NCBI GenBank assembly: GCA_965235115.1
Contig: OZ249436.1
Span: 12,650,001-12,714,000, forward strand
DNA: 64,000 nucleotides
Reading direction: 5' to 3'
Source of the DNA: Laetmonice hystrix
Taxonomy: Eukaryota
Both the position numbers and the translations under genes were made by a program. This document shows, one piece after another, positions 23,887-36,862 of the stretch (position 1 is the first letter of the stretch; every line of letters begins with the position of its first letter). The notes under the pieces were generated by a model. It was given only the letters and a program-made list of their open reading frames with translations. It searched no databases and was not told the DNA's origin.

Positions 23887-26800
23887 TTAGGACCTGGGCT
23901 CATCGTCCCAGCTTCCATCACTCTCCTCATCTGAATGTACTTGGATTCGTGACCTTATCCTGTCTAGTACTCGTTTAAGATCTTTTGTGTGGTTTTCGCT
24001 GGGTGTCACGGTGGGCCGAGCATGGTCAGTCAGTACTACTGGTCTCAGAACAATTCCCTCTTGAATGAGCTGCAGCATGTCGGCCATTGGATCACCTGCT
24101 TTGGGATAAAAAGCAATAATTAAAAACCTGTAAAAAATTTGGTTAAAAAAAACTGATATACCGTACATTGTGATATACCATGTGTCGGTTACTTTAAATA
24201 GGCTTCGATGTCTAGGATTTTCAACACAAAGACAGGTACTCTGTGATATTATCAATGGATGGCAAAAGTAGATATTACTGACACATACATGCAGTCTAAT
24301 AAATTATTCTTTTTCTTATCCCAACAGCCCTCTGGTGCTTAAACATGTGCCAATATGAACGTGCAACATTTTCAAGTTGGCCCATTGATTGCTACTGACC
24401 TCGTTTGGGTCTCTTTGCTGTTGTTGGGGTGTCTGACTTCTTTCTCAGTCCCTTTCTGGCCTCCTGAATTGCTCTTAGGTCAAAGACCCCTTCACTGCGC
24501 CTAGGTGGTGCATCTTCCCTCAAAACTTCAGCAGATTTTTTAATAGGTGAGAGAGCTGGGGTAGGCGGCGGTGGAGGTGGTGGCGGGGGAGGTGGCGGCA
24601 GCACTGCTGGTGGTGGCGGCAGTGGCGGCACCGTTGGTGGTAGCAGCGGCGGTGGTGGAGGCACTGTTGGTGGTAGCGGTGGCGGACACAATGTTGGTAT
24701 AGATGACGGTGGTGGGACAGGAGGTGGTGGTGGTGTCTCCTTCCTCTCACCATTAGCCCCAACATCAACTTCATCAATCGTTTCACTATTAGATTTGTGA
24801 TTCAAAAACCCTCCTCTTCTCTTTTTCTGTGGTGGCTTTATTGTTGATGGACTTGGGTACTTCTAAAATCCATAAAGAGGACAAATGATCTTTCTAACAT
24901 CCTTATGACATGACAACACATTTTCCCTAGCTTAAATATCTCAATGTGCACACTAATAAAACGTTTGAATATACAGAGCTGTCAAATATCGATTGATCCG
25001 GTTATTGACTTTTGATCTCGTAACGTAACGAAGGGTAAAGCCTTGAGCCACTTGCAGTCACAGAGCAACAGCAACAATGGCGAGTGAAGGTAGAAGTTCA
25101 GATCTACAGAATGGGTTGGAGAGAACTTCCGCGTCATCCAATGATGAGCTAAGTGATTTTGGACTTTTGTGTATTGCCTATTAACAGTATTTCCATCTTT
25201 ACGATCTACCAGACGTGATCTGTCCTAAGTCAGCTTTGGAAAGTCATAGAGCAGACTGGTACCACAACTGTGAAACTAGGATGCTCTCAAAGGGCCTCAA
25301 AAAGGAACAACAATCCATCCCTTTCGTGCACTTTTCGGTAAGCAATCATTAATGCTGGTAAGTTAAAATATTAAAAATACACAGAGAAGTGTCTTATAAC
25401 ATGATATAGGCTTTCCCCTTGCCACAAAGGCTTCTATTTCCATTATATATACACTTGAAGTATTTCAGAACTTGGTATCACAAATATTACAAATTTGTAA
25501 AAAAAATGGTAAGGTATGCTTTTATTTGAAAACAGCTGTAATTTGGAGAAAATCTTTACTTGATTAACAGGCCCTTATGCATATACTGGTACTGTGTCCT
25601 TGCTTACAACGTCCTTACCATTTTGTAGTTTTTTAATCTCTCTAAAGTTTTCTTCCGTTCCTCCTGAATGAAGGCAGCCTTCTGATCTTGCTTTTTTTGT
25701 TGTTCCTCCCGTTTCTGCAGCAAATGAAAATGTTCAATTTACATATAGGCTTACCAAAAGGGATGAAATACCTGAATGCCTGAACCAAATTCTAGGAACA
25801 TATAATAATCTGAACTAATATTAGCAGTTCATCACTGTGCTGTAACTGTAACTAGCATTGAGGCCGATTTTTTTTTTATATATTTTTTGAAGTAGCAATG
25901 ACTTTTTTTCCTGAGTTAAAAATTTCAGAATGCACGATTTGACACCCAGAATTAAAATAAAATGCTCCCAGACCCTCCGAGCAGAGTTGTCTTCGCCTCG
26001 TCACGTTTTAAGGTCTGGTTATGGCCCTGACCAATGACCATGTATTGATTCTTGACAATATGGATACATGCAGGTACCGGTACGGTACATTTTTATATGT
26101 ATACATATTGCACTGAAACAAACTTCAATATAAAAAGAAGCCAAACTGACTATGTGAACTCGGTGATGTTGGTGATGCCGAGCAACTTCTTCTTTCTTCT
26201 GCAGTTTCTTCTCCTCATGTTCGTGAAGAAGGGCTTTCTGTAAAGAAATTTTTTTACTGCTTTGTACAGATTTTCCTGTTAGTGGATACATCAATACGTT
26301 AAATGTTACTGTTAGTATCTTGAACCAGAGACGCTTTAACTTATGATTCTAGACAAACAAATGTGAAAGTGTTTTGTCTTTCCTTCTGACTCAAACAGCC
26401 AAACTCTCTCCTAGATTCTCTCTCGTAACATCTTCAAAAGATTTGGTGGTAAGAACTGAAAATATATATATTACCATTACCAGCCTCAAACCTGATCCTT
26501 ACCTTAGGCTAGTCCAGGTTCCCAGACCTCCAATGAAACTTATCCAAATCATTAGCCCTGCCCCTTACCCTAGCCCCAGTTTGGTGGGAATGTCACTTCT
26601 CCCTACCTTTCTGTTCCGTATATGAGCCCTCTTCCTGTAGACTGCTGATAGCTTCACTCTGAATGCCTCCAGTCTTGGATCTTTGATCATAAGTGTTTCG
26701 TCTTCTTCTGAACTCAACTCATCTGGCTCTTCTACTGCATCGAAAAACTGAACCTCGTTGGACTTGGCTAACACAGCCAAAAGAAAAAGGGGAAAAAGAA

Positions 26801-29800
26801 CTATTATATACACACAGCATAGCTGACAGCTATACATTGCATATGATGTATAATTTCAACAGGCCCAATGCCATAATACAGTACAGGGGTTGATAGTCAT
26901 GGTAGCCTGGGTGTTGAAGATGGTTTCATGGTAGACACATGACCACTTAGACTCTGGGTATGGCTGTCTCAAGACCTGCCAATCGATGGGAGCAATCACT
27001 CTTGCTGAAGTTGCTCATATCCTCATAAATTTAAAAATGCAACAGCATTTGATCACTCATGTAGCCCTATTCAACAGATCAAAAACAACAGGAGTCACTC
27101 CTTATCCTGGTGCTGATAAGGTCAGGAGTTGGGGAATGAGAAACTTAAAAATAAGAGTAAAGCTGGGTAAAAATTCCGATTGCAGACATATATTCATTGG
27201 TTCCTTGCCTGATGAATTTCATTGGCTGTTCAAGTCAGTGCAAGGTCAACACCCAGCCATGAGACGTTTGCTTAATGGCGACAACAGGTAAATGGAATGT
27301 TGAATTTCATTAGATTTCTCCATGAAATGAGAGATAGTCAGTGTTTGTTTTAACTTCCAAGGCATGATGTTGCTTCTCCAATTTTTGGGGCGGGGCCCTC
27401 TGCCATATGGTCAAGTTGTCTCTCAAAAGGTGTCACTCCCATAACAGAACATGAGGGAGCTACTGAATGCTCCTTTATCATTACGTGTCTCCCTAATATT
27501 TAATCGATAGATTTAGGCAAAACAGCAGAAATTTAAGCCCACTGATAATTATCCTGCTTGAGTGTTGTGTTAAATGTTATATAAAAGAAATTTTTAAAAT
27601 TATACATTTTTTTGTGAATTATTAAAGTACCATTTATTTGCATTGGATCTATGCCGATTCTTACAATGTGACCCTACCATACTAACCTTCATATTGTAGC
27701 TTGATGACCTTCATTTGCTCCTTCAACAAGAGTTCCTCCTGATCCGAAATATGCAGTGTGACAGTGTATATCTTCTCCTGCCATTCGTATACAATTTTCT
27801 CAAGTTTTAGGAGTTCCTCCTGGACACCGGATGGTTTTTCTGCCACACTGGCAATCTAAATGTTAAAATAATATACTAAGTGCCATTTCTTTCAATATTG
27901 TAGTACTCTGAAAGGGACCTTGAAGTTGAAGTTGTATTCACCTGGGGCCCGTTTTACTAACGAGTGAATAATGACGTTGTTAATTTGACATAGAAGTGAA
28001 TGGGTTGCTAGTTAGAAAACAATGACCTAGCAACCCATTAACTTCTACATTAAATTAACGACATCGTTATTATCGACTCTTTAGTAAATCAGGGCCCTAA
28101 AGTCAACAGGCTTAATCTTGCTATGCTTTACAAGATTGACTAAAGATCATTATTATGTACAGTACCTCTTGTTTGATCTTGTCCCTTTGTTGTTCATAGT
28201 CTTGTCTCCTGGATTGCAAAAGTTGCATTCTCTCCAAAATCAAATCTTCAGTCACTCTAAAAAGAGAAATTAACTGGAAATGTTACTGTGACAGAGATTT
28301 CCACAAATTTTCTTGAGTTGATCGACTTGAGATACCATACTAAAACTTATGCATTGAAATTAAACTGGTAATATTTCACAAGAAATATGATAAGTACTTG
28401 TGAAATATAACTGAAACTTTTTTGATGACTGTTGTAAATCTAGATAATAATGGCTACCAGCAATTTGCTGTACCCATCAGTGGCGGACCCAGTGGGGGGA
28501 GGGGGGGGGATTTGGGGGATAAGTTCAGCCAACATTTACCTAAATCCAGAATGCAATACTTTAAGTTAAATCAGAGGGTTTAATGGTACGTACATGTGGT
28601 TTATCTCTAATTTTATGCTTATTTTATGTTGAAGTTCAGGAATTCATCACATGGGTCATCAGAATATTTTAAGTTATGTTGTTATTTTAGGCCAAGGTTA
28701 CTTCAATCAACAGCAACCTGTTCCACCTTACCTGTGAAGCCTATCCAATGCAGCCACCTGAAATGCTGTGCGACCAAATTTTTGTTGATCCTCCTGCATC
28801 CTCTCTTTCACTTCTAAACTTCACAGAACAAATATATTTAAATTGAACTCAACTTTCAAGCATCATAAGAAAGGGCCTGGGTTACAAAGGACACCAGTTA
28901 CATCAAATTCTATGAGGTTTTCACATGATGTCACTTGCTGTAATTGGTCAATCTTCCAAACCCAGTGTAAAGGTGCAACAGTTGGGGTCACAAGCATGCA
29001 GTAATGATCTGGTACAAATTTGTACAGGATATTTCAATATACATGTATTAGTAAGTCTGACATCACTACTTAGATGTCAGTAACTATTTTATAGCTTTTT
29101 TCTCAAAACAAAGCTTCTAAGAAGCATCATTAATACAAGTATCAGTAAGCAGAAAGGTGAAGATTAACCACAACATGTGATTGTGAGATGACTGACCTTC
29201 AAGTAAACCTGTTGTTTTAGTGTAGTATTCAATATAGAGTTCCTGGATGCTATCAAGTGCATGAACATAGTTTGTTTGCCACTCTGAGAACATACAAACA
29301 TATTCTGATTTGCGTCGGTCACCAAAATTGGGATTGTTCAAGCCATTTTTTGCCTCGCATAGTTTGGTAAATGCAAGTTCTCGCATATCAAGAAAAGGCT
29401 GAATGAGATAATTATATAGTTCAGCCAATGCAATATTGTATTTAAAAAGAGCTTCATCTTCCTGTTTATATACTTCAAACATATCAAGCATGTTTATGGA
29501 TCCTTCGCGCAAAAAGAGCACATTTCCCAGCTGGTATTCTGCATTCCTGACTGCTTCATCATATGACCTGCGCCTCAACTCACTCACTTTCTCAAAATAC
29601 TCCTCATAGGAGTGCTCCTCAAATAAAGTGTCTGTTAACAGTTTTTGACCACAGATATCCAAAGCCACTGAGAGGTACTGCTGGATCTGCAGGCAGAGTG
29701 CATCTGGATCTTCTGGAACTTCTGGATATGAGATGTATGCCCACATTCCACGAGGTTCTGATGGGATATCAGGCAAGTATGAACTCAGAGCTGGGTGAAC

Positions 29801-30037
29801 CAAGGATAACTGGTTATGAATTGATGAAAGTTCATTAAAACTGAAAGCACCACTCCATCCTTTATACTGTGATGTATCCATGGCAACACGACTATGCTCG
29901 CGGCATGTGATGGCAATTTTGCCATCAAGGTCATTCCATGCGACATGGAAGTAAAGGCGTGTCTTGGTACCATCGTTGAGGAATGGGTGCTCTTTAATGG
30001 CTACCCAGTCCTCCAAAGCATCTACTTGGTCATTCAT
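23887..30037 (-). CDS. JMY: WHAMM/JMY-family actin nucleation-promoting factor, 9 coding exons, 732 aa
   Basis: Exons (minus) 30037-29197, 28813-28732, 28256-28166, 27855-27687, 26767-26607, 26237-26151, 25714-25619, 24862-24400, 24095-23887; total 2199 nt, phases consistent. N-terminal WHAMM/JMY domain (LEDWVAIK..F.VAWN...GK.AITC..FSF.EL..IH.QL..VHP.L), coiled-coil middle, polyproline, WH2-like VFDLRAIQEARKGLRK and MADMLQLIQEGIVLRPV, central DLKRVLDRIR, acidic SDEESDGSWDD. In-frame TGA 15 nt upstream supports the ATG. Probably co-orthologous to both JMY and WHAMM. Confidence 0.92.
27945..28097. mobile_element. Foldback MITE in a JMY intron
   Basis: GGGCCC..TTTACTAA..GTTAATTT..TAGAAGT.AATGGGTTGCTAG mirrored by CTAGCAACCCATT.ACTTCTA..AAATTAAC..TTAGTAAA..GGGCCC. 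Confidence 0.8.
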
Positions 30038-30686
30038 TTCAACATTTAATCAACTGCTTCACTCAATGTAGGGTGCTCCCTGGATTTAACCCTGTAAAAA
30101 GTAAAAAAAAAAAATTGTTATAGATAATGGTAAACGGTTATCAATATAGATCTATACAATGAATGAGAATAGTCAAACTCAAATACAAAGATTTTACCTA
30201 ATTAACACCCAATTTGAGACAAAAATAAAACTCACCAGAGACATGACCAAAACAAGAACCCAAGCAATTTTTTTGGATTTGGTAATTAGTTAAACTGTTG
30301 CCAACTAAATATACACTGCCTAGTCTAATGGGTAAGCTTCATTAAATTTTTCTGGCAAAAGAAGTATTTAAACGAATTTGACTAATTATTGACATGAAAC
30401 AATATAACATGTTTGGTATTATTGGGTTAAGGATATGCCTTGGGTTAGTGTTGGTTTAGTCTCAAATTGGTTGTTAATTAGGCACTAATTAGATAATCTG
30501 CTATTTTTCCGGAAGACATCATCCAATAGGAATCCAGTATTGCAGTAACAGGACCAATCGATATGCTGACAAAATAACCACTGCCAAAAGTTTAATTAGC
30601 GTTTAATTATTTTGGCCTCCTCCTGCAAAACAGATACTGGTTGATCATCAGTCACAGTACGTCATAGTACCAGCATAGATATAATA

Positions 30687-31656
30687 CAGGGCTCGAAATA
30701 ACCGGGTACGCATTGCAATTTGCGAGTGAAAATTAGCCTGTTGCGAATCAAATTAACATATGAGTCGCAATTTTTTGCGAATCAACGTCATATATTAGAG
30801 AGCGCAGTGAGCCGCACAGCGGCTCGCAAAGCGAACTCTATGACAACATGTGTGAAAGGGTAGCCAAGGCGACACATACCATCTCACAAAAAATTTTCGG
30901 CGCGTATAACCGGAAAAAACAAGGAGCAAATCCATGGAGGGTCATGTGACCCTTGCAGAGCGTGCATGATTTGTGACGTCACAATTATCAACAAACAGTC
31001 GCGTGAGTGTTTGTTGGTTTTAACCGTCCACTGTGACGCCACAATATCCCGACGTTCGGTGCTGCTAGCCTAACAAGTGAGCAGTCCTGACATTGCATAT
31101 TGTATGGAAAACAAGCCCAGTATCGCCCGAAGTAGTCAGAGTGATTGTATGCCTCCCGTCGCTGCGCTTGCCCTCTAGACCTGTAGCACCTACATCATAT
31201 TATTGTGCCAACTTATGATCAGTTGCAATGATTGCTAATGGCGGGCTCAGACAGAGCGATGCAACGTGATTCCTTGCAACGGCAACAGTCGCAAGGAATC
31301 GCAAGTTGCACACGACTGAAAGACGGGGCAGCTCACACAGAGCAACATGACCGCTGCTACTACAGTGATCCTGTTACGTCACAATGAGCTTGTGACATTG
31401 TAATTGTCAAGCGAACTATGAATGATTGTCTCTTATTGGTTATTACCGCTAGCAACGGTCCAGTCACCAAAGCAACCAGTTGCGACCAGTCGCCAAATAT
31501 TAAACATGTTTAATGTCTTGCGACGCAACTGCAACTGGCCAAAATCGCGTTGCAAGGTAGCTCAGACAGGCCGACGCAATGATAGAGTTGCGTCGCGTCG
31601 CTCTGTCTGAGCCGCCATAATGTATAATCAAATTTTTCAAAGTATTTCGAGCCCTA
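30687..31656. mobile_element. hAT-like non-autonomous element upstream of the JMY start codon (putative intron 1) with a nested Harbinger MITE
   Basis: CAGGGCTCGAAATA ... TATTTCGAGCCCTA; both ends shared with 15370-15535. Confidence 0.7.
31239..31617. mobile_element. Harbinger MITE with TAA TSD, nested
   Basis: TGGCGGGCTCAGACAGAGCGA...TCGCTCTGTCTGAGCCGCCA; TAA at 31236-31238 and 31618-31620. Confidence 0.85.
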
Positions 31657-32035
31657 GATAGAAATCTATATATACCGTCACATTATAATTAATAAATTGA
31701 AAACCAAACGTGTCCAAAGTCTAGACTTAACACCTCCTATTTTTCAAATTGCCAAATCAGGGAGGAGGGTGATGAGCCCAGTTGCTGGTCCTTGTGCTTG
31801 ACGTGTGATCTTGAAAAGAATGACTGCCTTGCCTATATCCATTGCATGACGTAGAAATTGTAGATGAGCCTGGCCCAAGGCCAAGCCAAGCCCAGGCACT
31901 GCCCTGGCACCACCAACATAACATAACAATAATGGCAACTGTTGATGTCTTCGAAATATCACACAATTGAATGTGTCATGCACTAAGCCTCCAAACACAT
32001 TGCTTCTGGTTCACAGTTCTGGCTTCGAGTCTTAC

Positions 32036-33340
32036 CATCACTGATCAATGATTCTCTTCCCTGTAGATGTCTACTTTGTTGGAACATTGTGACCTCATCT
32101 CAACATGACGAACATGACCAGACATATGAAGTTCGCCGTCTGTTATTTGATAGTTTAGTATGAAATACGCGCTTTCAGACTACATATCATGGAGCTATGA
32201 AGTATCTTATTTTCAATAGGAAATCAATAGGGAACCCCAGTAACTCACGCCAAAGTGCGTGAAAACGCGTGAAAACGGCGCAGTGGTGTCACCCTATTAT
32301 CGCTTAACATAGGCGCAGATAGGACGTCTGTATTCAACCCATGACTACACTTGCTGGGGTGACTATTTTGATCAGAAAGGAGGGTTAGACTGTGAAACAG
32401 AATGTAGGAAAGGCTTAGAAAAATGTTCGGTGCCCTAGCAAACTCTTAGATATTTTAAAATCAATTAATTAGAATTAAAATCGAGAGACCCAATCAGCGA
32501 CGTCAGGAACAATGCACAATAGCGCTACGTCACAATGGTCATTTGGAATGTGATCATAACGGGCCTAAATATTAATGGCGGACGGTGCTTCGCTTCGCCA
32601 GTTCAAACGTCTCTAACTGCTAAAATACACAAGGAAGAACGTTGAAACGTGACATAAGGGGATAAAATATTGAACCAAACAATGTCACTGACTTAGAATT
32701 GTTTAGCAAGGTCCCCCCTTTCTTAATTCAAGCGCTGTCATTGCCGGAGATCGGTGAAGTTTGTGACGTTACAATTTCGTACCCTCGTAATCTGACAGTT
32801 TTTCCGTAAATCTTGAAAAGATTAAGTAACAGATGTGAATGCCATATACTTTTATAGATCGAGGATTACTGTAAAATTCGGTCTGGATAGATTCTAAAAT
32901 TAAGAGTTGTGGTTTAGTATTTCTAATGGGCCGTTTTTATTGGGGCCTGGCTTGACCCAAGCCAAAGTCAATGAGTGGGCGATAATGGACTGACACCATG
33001 CGACTGCGCATGTCCGAGACTTTGGTTCCCTATACATTTGTATAACATTTGTATAACAGTTCCTTTGAAACTACAAATGGGGGGAGTCATCTAAAACAAA
33101 ATATTACAGCCAACTCTACATGTAGAAACTCCAAGCCGATCTAATCGTGACTTCCGCTCACTCAGTCATACAGGAAGCGGAAGTCCACTCTGCAAGGAAT
33201 TTGGGTGATAATAGGAGTAGAATCGGCAGAATCAGGGAGTAGAATGACAGTTCAGTTCAGCAACTAGGTTGCTATTGCAGTGTTGGACAGAGCCAATATA
33301 GACTAATCCATACAAAAGCTAGCGAACAGCCGTGAACAGA
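32036..33340. promoter_or_regulatory. Head-to-head promoter region of JMY/WHAMM (-) and KXD1 (+)
   Basis: Candidate non-coding first exons: minus donor G|GTAAG at 32036/32035 (matching acceptor at 30092/30091) and plus donor A|GTAAG at 33340/33341 (acceptor at 34401). ETS/GABP-type CTTCCG near 33151 and GGAAGCGGAAGT at 33173-33184; partial NRF1-like TGCGCATG near 33005; CpG-rich. Confidence 0.55.
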
Positions 33341-33578
33341 GTAAGAAAATGCCTAGGTACTACTAGTCTAGTGTAGACTGTAGTCAGTGTAACTCAACAA
33401 TTGTACTGTAGTGTAGAGTGAAGTGTTACTGTTGCTGTGTTGGTACTACTACTACTACTAGTCTGTAGGTCTGTACTGTAGTGTAGTAGTAGACTCACAC
33501 ACCACTGGCACTGTACTGTGTCTGTAGTGTAGTCACTAAGCATGCTAAGTTATAGTGTAGGCAGTGTTAGGTTAAGCT

Positions 33579-34113
33579 AGCTAGTATCTCACTGGCGAAT
33601 TAGCGACAATTTTCACTTGGAATCGCACTGAATTGGTACATGCGACACATTTGCGTATGTCGCACTGCGAATAAATCATGACATTTGTATGACATGTGCA
33701 CGACATTTGCGCAACATTCATGCAAATGTGGTGCAATTTTGTTTGTCACAATTTAGTCACAAAGTTATGTCGCAAATTGTTAGCAATTCATTCTGAACTG
33801 ATTCACAATTTTGTCTCCAATCAGTTACAATTTAATTTCATAGGTCGCTAACCCCTCGCAAAGTTTGTCTCACATTTCTCGCAGTTTCTGACTCACAAGA
33901 CACCTGCAACAACTCTCCGACTATTTTGAGAGAAAATTTGTCACACCAATTTTTTGAACATGTTCAAATTTCCAGCGACACGAGTGCGAGGCCCTGTGAC
34001 TCACGCGAGGAAATCAGGAACCGCCGTGAACGTTTCGAGACACTTTGGAAACTCCCTCGCTAATGCCGTTCTCAATTTCTCGCCAACAGTTGCAGCCCAG
34101 TGAGATACTGGCT
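33579..34113. mobile_element. Harbinger-like MITE in putative KXD1 intron 1
   Basis: AGCTAGTATCTCACTGG ... CCAGTGAGATACTGGCT; internal TCGC/GCGA-rich repeats. Confidence 0.75.
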
Positions 34114-34414
34114 TTAGTCTTAGTGTAGTTTGTAAATACGATTGCTCAGTGCTCGACAAGTCACGGCCAGAGAGACCAGCTGCCCATCTGCACTCTCACA
34201 GCTATCAGCACGTGCAAGTCCCGATCAGTGACAGCTCCAAGCCAGGAAGGTGTCTGAGCGGAATGTACAGTACGGAGGAAGCTACAGTTTGCCACACCGT
34301 CACAGTTGGGGGGCTGTGGCTCCGGTGGGATCTTGTTTATTTGTGGCGTGGAAAAGATGGATCTGTATCCATACAACATTGTATTTTTCTTCTTTTGGCA
34401 GTTTACATTAAAGA

Positions 34415-36862
34415 ATGGCTGACTTGAGTGATGTATCAGAGAGCACCAATAGCAGCAGCATCCAAGGACCACGAGCACCAGATGTCTTCCTGGAAGCTGT
34501 TACCAGCGAGGTGAATAAAGGAGATGTCTACAAGATGGTTCAAGCACAACAGCACATGTAAGGAAAGGGTGTAATTCTGGGTGAACCTTTTGAGGATTTA
34601 TCACTTCCCACAACTGGTCTTCATCATATAACAGCCCTTCCCCGTTTTATAGTGTAAAGCCCTAAAGAACAGTGTATTGACCAGTCATTTGGCCATTGGC
34701 CATTGGACAATTGGCCAACGAGTGCAGTGGTGGACATTTGGCCAACAGATAATTTATGATGGTATATTATTATCCTATTTCCCCTGTGGGAAACGGGATC
34801 TTGTAGTTGTCAAATTTCGTCTTCAGTATTCTTCTCATTCTTATTCCCGTAGTAAGACTTGTCTTATATCTCACTCATTTTTAGATTGCTATGGATACTT
34901 TGATATTTGTGGCCAAACTACCCGTGAAGAATCTCTTGGGTTGGGCCCTTCTTAGGTAGTTTGGCACTTTTACCAATTTTAGCTGAGAATGCAGACATTT
35001 GATAGAAATGCAGCTCGAAGTCAGGTCGGGACCTTAGACCACTGCCCCAATCACAGCAGTATCTGGACAATTAGACATGCAGACCACTCTATATGTAATA
35101 CTTCTCGTAAAGGACATAAAAGACTGGTGCTTCTTCTTTTTTACATTTGAATCTGAATGTATATAAATAAGTTATTCAATTGATATAAATAAGTTCAAGA
35201 TATCCACATATATCAAAGTATCCAGAGCAATCCTATTCAAAATTGAGCGAAATATAACAAGTCTTACTATAGGAATTCGTTTTGGAGTTGTTGAAGTAAG
35301 AGATAATCGTGAATGGCTTTAAGAAAAGTTATGATTTAAGGATGCCTACATTCCAGAAAAGCAATTCACTGGCAACACCTTTGAGGCTTTGTCACTGACA
35401 AATTGACTGCCAAGGTTACTTGTTATTTCACAGGTTGATGCGCTTTGAAAAAACAAATGAAATGTTGTTAAACTTCAATGGGCTGTCAAAGGCAAGGTTT
35501 GACACAACACAGCTAGAGTTCCGTAAGCATACACAACTACTGGCAGACATGAAAGTTGACCTTGATAACGTTTTCAAGAGGATCAGGTTTGTATTACACT
35601 GCTTATGTTTGACAGTGGTGATACTTTTTTTATTGATGTATTCACTTAGTCAATTGCATTTATTTATTTTGTTTCCATGGCAGCAGGGGAAAAATGGGGA
35701 TGATGATGAATTGCCAAGAAGTAAATACATAAAACTAAGGATTTGACAAAAATCAGGCATGATTGATCAATCTTGAACACTTAACTTACTTAGTACATAA
35801 CTAGAGAAGATAATTATAGAAGCATGGGAAAAAATAGGCAAGCAGTACATTCTATAATGAAAATGCAGTTGTATTATATAAACATGATCACATTGCTGTA
35901 AGATAACTGGCAGGTATTTAACATGTCGGGAATACATTTACCAAATTTAATGTTACTTGAGAAGATTTTTAACAGTAGTGTACGTGTTCGCTTCTAGGAC
36001 ACTGAAAACTACATTATCAAAGCAGTATCCTGAAGCTTTCACAGGTAAGATTATAACGTCAATACAGGTGTGCATTACATGATTTTTATCTAATTCTCAT
36101 AGATTTTATATTCAGAGAGTCATCACTCGTGTTTATGAGGTTGTAGAAAGGTTTCATGTTTAGAGCTATTTTACCTCACAAACCCTTTTGCAAACTTGTG
36201 TCAAACAGCACTCTTTGTGAATTTGCACATTTAAAATCAGCTTAAAACATGATGATTGTTTATTTTGAAACGTGGATGTTATTTAAACAGGGATCTATAG
36301 GGTAAATATGTGGTCATTGTGACCAAGAATGCTATTATTATACAATGATTAAAGCCTTGAAGTTGAACCGTCATAAAGCAGGGACTCTCCTTTTTTCCGA
36401 TTTTCCTTGGAAATCCCTGTTTTTTCCAAGGCCCCTTGTCACCCGTTAAGCACTAGCCATCTCCAATACCCTTTTTTGTGTGCACTTTCATACCTGATGA
36501 AACTTAATACAGAGCTCTATGGACATTGTAGTTTGATCATTAATTTCAGATCAACATTGAATTTTTCAGCATGCAGTGATGTTTACAATCTCATAGAAGA
36601 TGATGAAGAAGAGGAAGAGGATGATGAAGATGCACCTTCTGCATCAGGATCGCAACATCCTCAGGGGAGTGACTCACCACGTCTTGCACGGCAGATCACC
36701 GTCATTGCTGCTCCAAAGAAAGACCAAACAAAGCTTAGCACAGGCATAGAGAACAAGCCTGATAATATTGATCAGGCAGAAGATGGTTCAGTTTTAGGGG
36801 ACAGCGATCAAGCTGATCAAAAGCAAACAAGTCAAAAGTCACTAGGCCTTAAGCGACATTAG
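34415..36862 (+). CDS. KXD1: KxDL motif-containing protein 1 (BORC subunit), 4 coding exons, 211 aa
   Basis: Exons 34415-34557, 35434-35586, 35998-36044, 36570-36862 (636 nt). Translation: [39 protein letters not shown]...F.KHTQLLADMKVDLDNVFKRIRTLK..LSKQYPEAF, with KVDL as the KxDL motif and an acidic low-complexity tail. AATAAA at 38423. Confidence 0.93.

Noticed and set aside
24520..24786. His/Arg/Cys-rich repeat ORF on -
   Set aside because: Alternative frame of the JMY polyproline exon.
33350..33560. Structured element in KXD1 intron 1
   Set aside because: Low-complexity TAG/ACT/GTGTA sequence with no stable period or termini.
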